This document shows positions 1 to 8,969 of a stretch of 64,000 nucleotides of DNA, in pieces. Source of the stretch: an uncultured Planctomycetales bacterium. Its GTDB lineage: Bacteria; Omnitrophota; Gorgyraeia; Zapsychrales; JBDRMG01. Position 1 is the first letter of the stretch. Each line of letters starts with the position of its first letter. The stretch is from the NCBI GenBank assembly GCA_964478715.1, contig CAYZIY010000001.1:9088-73087 (forward strand), in the 5' to 3' direction. A program made the translations under genes and the position numbers. The notes beneath the pieces were generated by a model. It did no database searches. It was not told where the DNA came from and saw nothing but the letters and a program-made list of their open reading frames with translations.

Positions 1-742
1 CGATGTTGAATATTATGCTTCACCAATTTTAAGGAGTCTTACTCAAAAGCTTTATCAGCATGCTGCTTGTTCGATGGATCTTCTGGTTATTTGCGTGTCG
101 AATCGCTTGGCCAAAACTTTAAGGCCTTATGGTTTTAAGAAAATCAAGGTGGTGACTAATGGAATTGATCTGGAGAAATTCTATATTGATGATCAATCGG
201 CTTATTTTAAAGAAAAGCAAAAAGATGTGGTGATTGTTATCTATGCAAGAAAAGACTATCGCAAGGGGCTAAATACCGCAATCAAAGCAATTGAAGAACT
301 TCAAAGAATGAACTGCAAACGTACTTGGAAAGTTTGGTTGATCGGAGAGAGGATAAGCTCGAGTTCTTTTAGCGATCATTTTAGCAAAAAGCTAGGTTTT
401 TTAACGGAAGGACAACTCAGATCTGTGTTAAGCGCCGGAGATGTTTTTGTATGTGCTTCCCGTCATGAAGGATTTGGGCTGCTTCCTCTCCAGGCGATGG
501 CTTGTGGATGTGCGATTGCCGCAACTGATACCTTGGATTTTGTTGTTCACGGAGAAACAGCCCTTGTATCTCGTGTTGATGATGAAAAAGAATTAGCTCA
601 AAACATAGCTTGTCTAATCGACGATAGTCAGTTGATGGAAAAACTAAAGAGAAAAGCTTTTCAGGAATCTCAGAAATATGATATTGGTGCGAGTTGCTCT
701 ATTTTTGAATCCGCTCTTAAAGAAGCTTCCGAGGCATTATGA
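1..742 (+). CDS. glycosyltransferase family 4 (GT1 clan), C-terminal part; 5' end truncated by window edge
   Basis: Reading frame is open from position 2 with no upstream stop. Contains the EGFGLLPLQAMACGCAIAATD motif typical of the C-terminal Rossmann domain of GT4 enzymes. At 222 aa from the first Met it is too short to be a complete GT4. Confidence 0.7.
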   Translation, partial: DVEYYASPILRSLTQKLYQHAACSMDLLVICVSNRLAKTLRPYGFKKIKVVTNGIDLEKFYIDDQSAYFKEKQKDVVIVIYARKDYRKGLNTAIKAIEELQRMNCKRTWKVWLIGERISSSSFSDHFSKKLGFLTEGQLRSVLSAGDVFVCASRHEGFGLLPLQAMACGCAIAATDTLDFVVHGETALVSRVDDEKELAQNIACLIDDSQLMEKLKRKAFQESQKYDIGASCSIFESALKEASEAL

Positions 743-1521
743 AAAAGGTAAAAATCATAAAGTTTTTAAATGGCATCGGCTTGTTTAATGTTGGCCGATC
801 CATCTGCTATTGGCTAGAGTCTTTTAATCCTCGCCTTATAGGGTTTTATGGCCTTTTTATTCAAAGGGGGAATCTTTGCTTTGATATTGGGGCAAACATC
901 GGAAGAAAGATCGATATTTATTTACGACTGGGAGCAAGAGTTGTCGCTCTTGAGCCACATCCTGAGTGTGCACAATTCTTGAGACGGAAATATCGATGGA
1001 ACAAGAATGTTACAATTATTCAAAAAGCCCTTGATGCGAAAGAAGGGACGAATGATCTACGAATGTGTGAAACAAATTCCTTATCGACACTTTCAGGGAC
1101 ATGGAGCGAAGCATGCAAAAAAAGTGGACGTTATAAAGATTTTCACTGGGATCAGAAAATACATGTTGAAACGATAACACTAGACCAATTAATTGAGCAA
1201 TACGGTATTCCAGATTATTGCAAAATTGATGTTGAAGGGCATGAGCTCAATGTTTTAAAAGGATTAACGAAGAACGTGCCAAAATTATCTTTTGAAATTT
1301 CAGAAGAAACGATTCAATCAGCGATCGCCTGTATTCGGTATCTTGACTCAGCAGGAAAAATTGTTTTTAATTTTGCCCACGGAGATATTCCGCAGTTTTA
1401 TTATCCTGAATGGCTGAGAGCGGATATTATGATTCAGAAAATTGAAGAAATGCCCGAAGATCAAATGTACGGTGATATTTATGCGGAATCTATAAATAAA
1501 CCTCCTAAGGAAGAAGAATGA
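739..1521 (+). CDS. FkbM-family SAM-dependent methyltransferase
   Basis: FDIGANIGRK...ALEPHP motif of Methyltransf_21/FkbM. ATGA overlap with the upstream GT gene. Confidence 0.7.
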   Translation: MKKVKIIKFLNGIGLFNVGRSICYWLESFNPRLIGFYGLFIQRGNLCFDIGANIGRKIDIYLRLGARVVALEPHPECAQFLRRKYRWNKNVTIIQKALDAKEGTNDLRMCETNSLSTLSGTWSEACKKSGRYKDFHWDQKIHVETITLDQLIEQYGIPDYCKIDVEGHELNVLKGLTKNVPKLSFEISEETIQSAIACIRYLDSAGKIVFNFAHGDIPQFYYPEWLRADIMIQKIEEMPEDQMYGDIYAESINKPPKEEE

Positions 1522-2111
1522 AGCTAGCCATATTTGATTTTGACGGGACGATGACGGAAAAAGACAGTTTTGTGGAATTTATTGTTTTCGCTGTGGGGCG
1601 CACAAGATTTCTTTTGGGATTGACAGTTCTTTTTCCTCCCTTGATAGCCTATAAACTTGGCTGGTTATCCAATGCAAAGGCCAAAGAAGCCGTTCTGAGG
1701 TATTATTTTAGAGGGTGGGAGCGTCAGAGATTTGACAAAATGGCCGATGATTTTGCGATTTCCCAGATCGACTCCTTATTAAGGCCTGAAGCCAGGGAGA
1801 AAATTCTTTGGCATAAGAGCCAGGGGCATCATGTAGCGGTTGTTACCGCCAGTCCGGAGAATTATCTCAAGCTTTGGTGTAGTCAAAATTCTTTTGATTT
1901 GATTGCCACCCGGCTTGAGATTGATGATGAGCGGCTGACCGGAAAAATCAGAGGCCTTAACTGCCACGGACAGGAAAAGCTAGAGAGGATCAAAGAGAAG
2001 TATACATTAGAAGACTTTTCTGATATATATGTTTACGGGGATAGTCCAGGTGATTTAGCGCTTAAAGAGATCGCGACGCATTTTTTCTACCAGGCTTTCT
2101 CTAAAAAATAG
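1518..2111 (+). CDS. HAD-superfamily hydrolase, subfamily IB (phosphoserine-phosphatase-like)
   Basis: N-terminal AIFDFDGTMT (DxDGT) HAD motif I and a later YGDSPGD motif. ATGA overlap with the upstream gene. Confidence 0.7.
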   Translation: MKLAIFDFDGTMTEKDSFVEFIVFAVGRTRFLLGLTVLFPPLIAYKLGWLSNAKAKEAVLRYYFRGWERQRFDKMADDFAISQIDSLLRPEAREKILWHKSQGHHVAVVTASPENYLKLWCSQNSFDLIATRLEIDDERLTGKIRGLNCHGQEKLERIKEKYTLEDFSDIYVYGDSPGDLALKEIATHFFYQAFSKK

Positions 2112-2138
2112 AAAAAGGCTATTGAAGAAATCGTAAAA

Positions 2139-2846
2139 ATGCGAAGAATTGTTATTCTTGCCGTTCTTATAGCTGGATTAATCGGTTGTTTTCAAAATCA
2201 TCATCAGGGAGATTTTGCCTTGGAGAGAAAAGAAATGGTTCAAAGTCAAATTGAAAGGCGGGGGGTGAGCGACCCGCTGGTCCTTAAGGCCATAGAGAAA
2301 GTTCCCCGGCATCTCTTTGTCGATGAGGCTGATCAATCAGCGGCTTACGGCGATCATCCTCTGGGCATCGGTTATGGGCAGACGATTTCCCAGCCGTATA
2401 TCGTGGCTTTTATGACCGAGGCGGCCGGACTTCAAGAAGATGACCAGGTTTTGGAAATCGGCACGGGAAGTGGCTATCAGGCTGCGGTTTTAAGTAGGAT
2501 CGTTGATCAAGTTTATACGATAGAAATTATTCCCGAATTGGCTCAACAGGCCAAAAAGAGACTCAGAGATTTGGGGTACGAAAACATAGAAGTTAGACAA
2601 GGGGACGGATATCAGGGATGGCCCAAGCAGGCCCCTTTTGATGCGGTTATTGTGACGGCGGCGCCTCCCAAGCTTCCGCAAGAACTGATTTCTCAGCTCA
2701 AAACAGGGGGTCGCATGATTATTCCTGTGGGAGATTTTTACCAGGAGCTGATCCGGATTGTAAAGACGCAAGAGGGATATGAAAAGGAAAAGCTTCTGCC
2801 TGTTAGATTTGTGCCTATGGTCAGGGGCAAGGATAAAAGAGAATAA
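2139..2846 (+). CDS. pcm: protein-L-isoaspartate O-methyltransferase
   Basis: QTISQPYIVAFMTE and LEIGTGSGYQAAVLS motifs characteristic of PCMT. Has a signal-peptide/TM-like N-terminus. Confidence 0.85.
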   Translation: MRRIVILAVLIAGLIGCFQNHHQGDFALERKEMVQSQIERRGVSDPLVLKAIEKVPRHLFVDEADQSAAYGDHPLGIGYGQTISQPYIVAFMTEAAGLQEDDQVLEIGTGSGYQAAVLSRIVDQVYTIEIIPELAQQAKKRLRDLGYENIEVRQGDGYQGWPKQAPFDAVIVTAAPPKLPQELISQLKTGGRMIIPVGDFYQELIRIVKTQEGYEKEKLLPVRFVPMVRGKDKRE

Positions 2847-2870
2847 GGGCGCAATTCGAAGAATGATTCA

Positions 2871-2899
2871 TTGACAGCTCACCGGAGAATCAGTATATT
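2871..2899 (+). promoter_or_regulatory. sigma70-like promoter TTGACA-N17-TATATT
   Basis: -35 TTGACA at 2871-2876, 17-nt spacer, -10 TATATT at 2894-2899. About 38 nt upstream of the RBS (AGGAGG) of the next gene. Confidence 0.5.
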
Positions 2900-2937
2900 A
2901 AAAATAAGTCATAAATCACCTTAATAAGGAGGAAACA

Positions 2938-3351
2938 ATGGAAGAGCACTCTCAGCCTCAACCGCAGACTCAGCCGCAGCCCCAACCGCAACCGCAGTCC
3001 TCATCCGGCGGCGGGAATCAAGACAAAATGAATGCGATGCTTTGCCATCTTCTGGCTCTGCTGGGATTTATCGGGATTCCTTTTGGCAATGTTCTGGGTC
3101 CCCTGGTCATGTGGCTGGTCAAGAAAGACAGCAGTCCGCTGGTGGATGAAAATGGAAAGGAGTCGCTGAATTTTCAGATTTCGATGACAATCTACTTCAT
3201 TATATCGTTTGCTTTGACCTTTATTCTCATCGGGATTCCTTTGATGATCCTTTTGGCGATCGCCGATCTCGTTTTGGTGATCATGGCATCCGTGAAAGTG
3301 AATAACGGTGAATCGTATCAATATCCGATGACGATTCGATTGATTAAGTAA
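2938..3351 (+). CDS. DUF4870/Tic20-like small membrane protein with N-terminal (QP)n tract
   Basis: N-terminal QPQPQTQPQPQPQPQ encoded by imperfect CCGCAG repeats. Followed by the CHLLALLGFIGIPFGNVLGPLVMWLVKKD region and two further TM helices typical of DUF4870. RBS AGGAGG 5 nt upstream. Confidence 0.6.
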   Translation: MEEHSQPQPQTQPQPQPQPQSSSGGGNQDKMNAMLCHLLALLGFIGIPFGNVLGPLVMWLVKKDSSPLVDENGKESLNFQISMTIYFIISFALTFILIGIPLMILLAIADLVLVIMASVKVNNGESYQYPMTIRLIK

Positions 3352-3381
3352 TGGATTCTTCGGGAGTTTCGTTTTGATTGA

Positions 3382-3436
3382 GGGCAATCTTCCGCGAAAA
3401 GCTAAGAGAAACGAAAGCGGAAGATTGCCCTTTTTA
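3382..3436 (+). terminator. rho-independent terminator (14-bp stem)
   Basis: GGGCAATCTTCCGC at 3382-3395 pairs with GCGGAAGATTGCCC at 3417-3430, followed by TTTTTAT. Confidence 0.75.
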
Positions 3437-3457
3437 TGTGAAAGGAGAACGCTAGGA

Positions 3458-4309
3458 ATGAAAAGATCAATTATATTAGGATTTACTTTTTGTATGATCG
3501 TTATTTCCCCTGGCCTTTTATTCGCCCAGACGATGGGAGAGAAGCTCCAGAAAATGTTTGATTTTGAACTGGGAAGCGAAATGTTCTGGTATCAATATGA
3601 AGAGCCGGGGGTTATGGAAAATGAAGGTCTTTTTGGAGGAATTAACGGATCCATTGCAACATGGTTTTCTCTCTTTAATGCAGAAAGCACAACCGATCAG
3701 GATATGCTCAGATTGGAAACTGCTTTTGCCTGGGGTCAGGTAGACTATGATTCCGAAACCACCGGAAGCATGGATGACATTGACGACTGGCTGGTTGAAA
3801 TCCGAGGCCTTTTTGGTCATCAATGGCAGATGAAGGAAGGTGTTCTTCTCACTCCCTACACCGGAATTGCCTATCGTTATTTCAATGATGATAGCGGGGG
3901 CCGGACCACTACCACTAATCATGCCGGCTATGAGAGAGAATCAAATTATTACTATAGTCCTTTCGGTATTGATCTCGTGGTCGATCTTGATCAAAAGTGG
4001 TCGATTGGCGGCAATCTCGAATATGATCTGTTCTGGTTTGGCCAACAAAAAAGTCATTTGGGTGATGCTGTGGCTGGTTTGGATACCGTTGAAAACGATC
4101 AGACCAAAGGCTATGGCTACCGCGTCTCATTGAAGGTGATTTATAAAAGCGAGAACTTCGATTTTCTTTTTGAGCCTTATTACCGTTATTGGGATATCGA
4201 AAAAAGCGAAGAATCGCCGGTCACATACAGCGGTGTTGCCGTTGGATATGGCTGGGAGCCGCAGAATAATACCCAGCAGATTGGCATGAAATCCGCCATC
4301 CTTTTTTGA
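3458..4309 (+). CDS. predicted outer-membrane beta-barrel protein (hypothetical)
   Basis: Start moved to the ATG at 3458 (RBS AAAGGAGAA), because the ORF-track N-terminal extension runs through the terminator. Signal peptide MKRSIILGFTFCMIVISPGLLFA. Aromatic-rich alternating pattern and C-terminal ...AILF (terminal Phe) typical of OM beta-barrels. Confidence 0.55.
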   Translation: MKRSIILGFTFCMIVISPGLLFAQTMGEKLQKMFDFELGSEMFWYQYEEPGVMENEGLFGGINGSIATWFSLFNAESTTDQDMLRLETAFAWGQVDYDSETTGSMDDIDDWLVEIRGLFGHQWQMKEGVLLTPYTGIAYRYFNDDSGGRTTTTNHAGYERESNYYYSPFGIDLVVDLDQKWSIGGNLEYDLFWFGQQKSHLGDAVAGLDTVENDQTKGYGYRVSLKVIYKSENFDFLFEPYYRYWDIEKSEESPVTYSGVAVGYGWEPQNNTQQIGMKSAILF

Positions 4310-4370
4310 TCACATCGCTTAATTATTATTTTAAGCTTTCATTTACGGCCCAAAAATAAGGGTGCAGCCG

Positions 4371-5273
4371 ATGCTCTCTTTGTCGACAGCTTATCATTAT
4401 TCAACCAGTTCGGATATGTGCGCTATGCTAAGCCGCACCAAGGAGCTGGGTTTTGATTTTTTAGAGCTGGGATACCAAATCAGCGGTACGCATTTAAAGG
4501 AAATTATTCGCCTTCTTCCTGAGTTTGATCTGGGTGTTTCGGATGTGCACAACTATTGTCCAGTTCCCGATGACGGACCATCAAGAAATCATACATCTAA
4601 TTATTATTATTTATCCTCCCGTGATGATCAAGAGCGTCAAAAGGCGGTCCATTGGACAAAGGAATCCATTCATACGGCCAAGCGCCTGGGAGCCAAAGCG
4701 GTTGTTATCCACGCCGGAACTATTGAGTGGGATAATAATGAAATTTCTCTTTTCATGGACTGGGCACGAGCTGGTCGAATCCATACACCCGAGTTTGATG
4801 AATTGCGCAAAAAGATATTGGATAAAAGAGAAAAACGCAAAAATCCTTTTATGGACGCGCTTGAGGCAAGTCTTCAAGAGCTTTTGCCTTTTGCGCAAAA
4901 GCAGGGTGTTTTTATCGGCCTTGAGACCCGCTACTATCCTCATGAAATTCCCGACTCTCAGGAGATCGGCTATTTTCTTGAAAAATTTTCAGATTGTCGT
5001 TTACGCTACTGGCATGATATCGGTCACGGAGAGGTGATTGAGCGTTTTGGTATCGGCTCTCATCAAGACATATTAAAGAATTATCAAAAGCATTTGATCG
5101 GCGTTCATTTACACGGCATGAGAGGTATCGATGATCATGGCGCCCCCTTTCAGGGAGATTTTGATCTTAAGCCGTATCTAAAATATTTTCCGGATCATCT
5201 GATTCGGGTGATTGAAGCGCATCCTAAAGCAAGTTCGCAGCATATCAAGGAAGCCGTTTGCGAGCTTTCATAA
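4371..5273 (+). CDS. sugar phosphate isomerase/epimerase (xylose isomerase-like TIM barrel family)
   Basis: IHAGT..., GLETRYYPHE, WHDIGHGE and HLHG motifs of the AP-endonuclease-2/xylose-isomerase-like TIM barrel fold. Start at the ATG at 4371 after RBS AAGGGTG (the track begins at GTG 4362). Confidence 0.65.
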   Translation: MLSLSTAYHYSTSSDMCAMLSRTKELGFDFLELGYQISGTHLKEIIRLLPEFDLGVSDVHNYCPVPDDGPSRNHTSNYYYLSSRDDQERQKAVHWTKESIHTAKRLGAKAVVIHAGTIEWDNNEISLFMDWARAGRIHTPEFDELRKKILDKREKRKNPFMDALEASLQELLPFAQKQGVFIGLETRYYPHEIPDSQEIGYFLEKFSDCRLRYWHDIGHGEVIERFGIGSHQDILKNYQKHLIGVHLHGMRGIDDHGAPFQGDFDLKPYLKYFPDHLIRVIEAHPKASSQHIKEAVCELS

Positions 5274-5296
5274 AAAAAGAATAGAGAAAAAATTTC

Positions 5297-5761
5297 ATGA
5301 TGCTCTATATCGTTCGACATGGACAGGCCCATTCAAAGCAGGAAGATCCAGAGAGACGTCTCACCCTCAAAGGCAGAGAGGATGTGAGAAAGGTCACCTT
5401 GGTTCTGCAGAAGCAAAATCCCGCCATCGATGCGATTTATCACAGCGGTAAAACCAGGGCCCAAGAGACGGCTGATATTATCTATAAGCAGCTTGGTCTC
5501 CATTGTTTGCTGATGCGAAAAGATCATTTAAATGCGGATGACGATATTCAGGGTATTTATCAAAAGATCAAAGAGACCTCTCAAAATATCATGATCGTCG
5601 GACATCTGCCTTTTGTGGCGAAGCTGACTTGTCAATTGATCTGCGGCCAGAGAGAAGGCCAGACTCTTCCCTTTAGCGCAGGATCGATGGCAGTGCTTAA
5701 GCGCAAAGATGAACTCTGGAAACTGGCCGATTTTATTTCCCCTTCAAGTATTAACGCATGA
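5297..5761 (+). CDS. sixA: phosphohistidine phosphatase SixA-like (histidine phosphatase superfamily)
   Basis: N-terminal LYIVRHGQA (RHG catalytic motif) and about 150 aa, the size of SixA. Confidence 0.7.
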   Translation: MMLYIVRHGQAHSKQEDPERRLTLKGREDVRKVTLVLQKQNPAIDAIYHSGKTRAQETADIIYKQLGLHCLLMRKDHLNADDDIQGIYQKIKETSQNIMIVGHLPFVAKLTCQLICGQREGQTLPFSAGSMAVLKRKDELWKLADFISPSSINA

Positions 5762-6756
5762 GAGATTTTCCGCAAAAGTTTTGTGATCGCTTACGAGAGA
5801 TTATACCTGACGAAGAAGCCGACTCTGTCTTGTCCTCTCTGCGGCAGAAGGAAAAGATCGCTGTTCGGGTTAATACTTTGAGAATATCAGGCACGCAGGC
5901 CTGGAACATTCTCAGGGAAGCCGGTATTTCCTTTCAAGAAATCCCTTCCATAAAAAATGCTTTTTGGATGGATTCCAAGGATATGGAGAAGGAAATATTA
6001 AGCGATGCTTTTCATCAGGGATGGTTCTACAGGCAAAGTATTTCCAGCATGCTGGCGTCGTTAATTCTCAATCCGCAGCCGCAAGACCGTGTCTTGGATC
6101 TGTGCGCGGCTCCGGGTAGTAAAGCCACCCAGATGGCTGCCCTGATGAACAATACCGGGCAGATTGTGGCGATTGAGAAAGTTAAGTCACGGTTTTATAA
6201 ATTGCAGACTGTCTGTCGGCAGATGGGAGTTGAAAATATAAAGTTTAAATGCATGGATGCCAGGCATTTTCGCCCTCAAGAGGGCTTGTTTGATAAAGTG
6301 TTGGCGGATGTCCCCTGCAGTTGTGAGGGGCGATTTCAAAAAGAACACCCGAAGACTTATGCCTATTGGAGCTTAAGAAAGATCAAAGAAATGAAACGCA
6401 AACAGAAGGGATTGCTTTTATCTGCCGGTCGTTGTCTTAAACCCGGTGGGCATATTGTGTATTCTACCTGCACTTTTGCTCCGGAAGAAAACGAAGCGGT
6501 GGTCGACTGGTTCCTTAAAAAGACTGAAGGTTGTTTTGAGCTTAAACCGATTTCGATCAAAGGGATAAAGACTTATGGTCCGCTTTCGCATTGGAAAAAT
6601 AAATCATTTGGCGATCAAATAGCATATAGTCTGCGAATTCTTCCTGACGATTATGGGGACGCTTTTTTTATGGCTAAATTTATAAAAATCGAAAAAAAAT
6701 TAATAAAACAGGAGAGACAGAGATGGATTCCATCCCCGCAATATTTCAAACCATAG
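5758..6756 (+). CDS. RsmB/NOP2/Sun-family rRNA (cytosine-C5)-methyltransferase
   Basis: DLCAAPGSKAT SAM-binding motif, DVPCSCEG (motif IV PC) and YSTCT (motif VI TC). ATGA overlap with sixA. Confidence 0.8.
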   Translation: MRDFPQKFCDRLREIIPDEEADSVLSSLRQKEKIAVRVNTLRISGTQAWNILREAGISFQEIPSIKNAFWMDSKDMEKEILSDAFHQGWFYRQSISSMLASLILNPQPQDRVLDLCAAPGSKATQMAALMNNTGQIVAIEKVKSRFYKLQTVCRQMGVENIKFKCMDARHFRPQEGLFDKVLADVPCSCEGRFQKEHPKTYAYWSLRKIKEMKRKQKGLLLSAGRCLKPGGHIVYSTCTFAPEENEAVVDWFLKKTEGCFELKPISIKGIKTYGPLSHWKNKSFGDQIAYSLRILPDDYGDAFFMAKFIKIEKKLIKQERQRWIPSPQYFKP

Positions 6757-7016
6757 GTTTATTTGCTGCTGTTGTCTTGCCGATGTGGAATATCCCTTTT
6801 ATTATCCGTATTTGTCGCCGGAAGTCTTCCGAAGATGTTAGCCTGTATTGGGCTTTGGGTGTCTGGACGTGCTTGGTTTTGATGGCGCCTTCGGGTTTTA
6901 TTTCCAAAGATGTGGTCTGGCGCACGTTTAATATTGTCAATTTGATCCTTTTCAGTCTCCTTGTGATCGTTGTGCTGTATTATAGAAAAGGCGAAAGACA
7001 GAAATATGAAGAATAA
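6723..7016 (+). CDS. small 3-TM membrane protein (hypothetical)
   Basis: 97 aa with three hydrophobic helices. Overlaps the 3' end of the methyltransferase gene by 34 nt. No recognisable motif; weak resemblance to PQ-loop/LAB_N-type mini membrane domains. Confidence 0.4.
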   Translation: MDSIPAIFQTIGLFAAVVLPMWNIPFIIRICRRKSSEDVSLYWALGVWTCLVLMAPSGFISKDVVWRTFNIVNLILFSLLVIVVLYYRKGERQKYEE

Positions 7017-7037
7017 AAAAAGAAAGAAAATTCTCCG

Positions 7038-8390
7038 ATGAGTCAAATCGGGATAGCCCTGATTCTCTCTTACGCGCTTTATATCGATGCCCGTCTTCTG
7101 CAAAAGCAGGATCAACGGCTTTATCAGACTTATCTGAAATCTGATCCTTTTCAGTGGGTGGCGGCTTTTTTGATTCATGTTGGTATTTCTTTTCTTTTTT
7201 ATTTATGGATTGAAAAGATTCTACTCTTTCCGCTTATCGTCGTTTCTGTCTATCTTTTTAGACGCAAACCGTTTCAGACAGAATTTCAAAAACAAATTTC
7301 CAAAGACGATGTGCTGAACTTTTCTCATCTGGCCAGAATATCTAACGCCAGCGCAGTGATTCTCAAATGGGCATTATGTCTGGGTTTTCTTATCAGTTTC
7401 ATCGCTGCGGTTCCCGGTCTTAAGAAAACAATGAAATCCTCGAGTGAAATTTTTATTTTGCTTCAAATTATACCGACTACTTTGGTGATCTTTTTTATTT
7501 CTCGCCTGCGATACACATTTCCATATGAACCATTCGCGCATCAGGTCGGATTTTTAAAACCGCGTGCTGGCTTATGGAAGATGATCGTGATCGCAATTGT
7601 CTTTGCGGTTATTTTTGCCGCCATATCGTCGATAATTATTCTAAAGCGCGACGTGACGCCGTCCACGCCAATGAGTCAGACTCTGCAGTCGATTAGCTCG
7701 CCGATTTCTTTGGTTTCGTTTATGATTCTGGCGCTTTTTATTGCCCCTTTGGTCGAGGAGCTGATTTTTCGGGGTTATTTTTTTAATGTGCTTGAACTTT
7801 CCAGGGGAACACTCTGGGCGGTTGTGGGCATGGCTGCGGTTTTTACCGTTTTACATGTTGGTCAATATTGGGGCGATTGGGCGGCTGTCGTGATGGTCGG
7901 TTCCTTGGGTCTGGGGTTAAGCGGATTAAGGGCCTTAAGCGGATCTGTCGTTCCCGGCATTGTGGCCCATTACAGTTACAATATTCTGGTTGCGACTATT
8001 CCGGTTATCGTTCTTATGGTCAGCAATAACGCTTATATAAAATATACCCAGCAGTATCAATTCCTCACTGATGCGCAAAAAGAACAGCTTTTAATTGAAA
8101 GCATCGAGAATCGCCCGGAATTTATTGTTTCCTATAATGAACTGGCTTGGATTTATGCGCGGCAGGGACGCAAACTTGAAAAGGCTTTGGAATTGATTAA
8201 TAGGGCCCTTGAACATGACGCCAAAAATCCGGCTTATCTCGATACCAAAGCCGAAGTTCTTTATCGTCTTGGGCGCAACAGAAAAGCGGCAGAAATCGAG
8301 AAGAACTTGGTGGAGAAATTTCCTCACAATAAAGGATTTCAAAAACAACTGCAGAAGTTCAGAAGAGCTTTAAGGTCTGATAGAAATTAG
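7038..8390 (+). CDS. CPBP-family intramembrane metalloprotease (CAAX protease/Abi) fused to C-terminal TPR repeats
   Basis: Multi-TM N-terminal region containing the EELIFRGYFF (EExxxR) and FTVLHV/...HYSYN motifs of CPBP proteases. C-terminal 110 aa are TPR-like (AWIYARQGRKLEKALELINRALEHDAKNPAYLDTKAEVL). Confidence 0.7.
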   Translation: MSQIGIALILSYALYIDARLLQKQDQRLYQTYLKSDPFQWVAAFLIHVGISFLFYLWIEKILLFPLIVVSVYLFRRKPFQTEFQKQISKDDVLNFSHLARISNASAVILKWALCLGFLISFIAAVPGLKKTMKSSSEIFILLQIIPTTLVIFFISRLRYTFPYEPFAHQVGFLKPRAGLWKMIVIAIVFAVIFAAISSIIILKRDVTPSTPMSQTLQSISSPISLVSFMILALFIAPLVEELIFRGYFFNVLELSRGTLWAVVGMAAVFTVLHVGQYWGDWAAVVMVGSLGLGLSGLRALSGSVVPGIVAHYSYNILVATIPVIVLMVSNNAYIKYTQQYQFLTDAQKEQLLIESIENRPEFIVSYNELAWIYARQGRKLEKALELINRALEHDAKNPAYLDTKAEVLYRLGRNRKAAEIEKNLVEKFPHNKGFQKQLQKFRRALRSDRN

Positions 8391-8809
8391 CTTCGAGATG
8401 CCAGGATTTGCATGCGGCGAATCAGTTTTTGCGGGTCGACAGGCTTGGTGATAAAATCGTCCCAGCCCATATTATAGTTTTCCATCAGAGAATCTTTGTA
8501 GGCTGTGACCATCAGAATACGCGAATGTTTTTCCGAGGTGTGGTCTGCCGTTTCCTCAAAACCGCGGATAAAACGAAGGACTTCGAATCCGTCGATGCCG
8601 GGCAGAGTGATATCCAGAAGAATAAAATCGTAACATTTCTTCTTTTTGGATAATTTTTTGTATTCCTCGATGGCTTTTTCACCTGTGCCAACAGTTGTGC
8701 AGGTGGCATGGGGCTGAAGATGCTTCAGCAGTTGAGCCCGGGTTTCCAGATCGTCTTCGGCCAGGAGGACTTGCCATTTTTTTGAGGAACGTTTCTTCCG
8801 AGGTGCCAT
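8387..8809 (-). CDS. single-domain response regulator (receiver only)
   Basis: VLLAEDD...ILLDITLPGIDGFEVL...TAYKD...ITKP receiver motifs. No output domain. Convergent 4-nt overlap with the upstream + gene. Confidence 0.8.
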   Translation of the reverse strand: MAPRKKRSSKKWQVLLAEDDLETRAQLLKHLQPHATCTTVGTGEKAIEEYKKLSKKKKCYDFILLDITLPGIDGFEVLRFIRGFEETADHTSEKHSRILMVTAYKDSLMENYNMGWDDFITKPVDPQKLIRRMQILASRS

Positions 8810-8969
8810 ATTATTAGATTATCCAATCGCTGATAGGTTGTCAAGCAAAAGAGAGAATCATGCGCCTTTGCTGAAAAAACCGTTTTCCAATCTGATCCAG
8901 CGAGTTTTTACTTGTACTGGTTGTGATCAACGGTTAAAATAATCTAAAATGAACTAATGCGGGGAAAAT

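Noticed and set aside
3374-3457. N-terminal extension of the OMP ORF as given in the six-frame track
   Set aside because: The extension spans the 14-bp-stem rho-independent terminator of the upstream gene. A proper RBS/ATG pair lies at 3446-3460.
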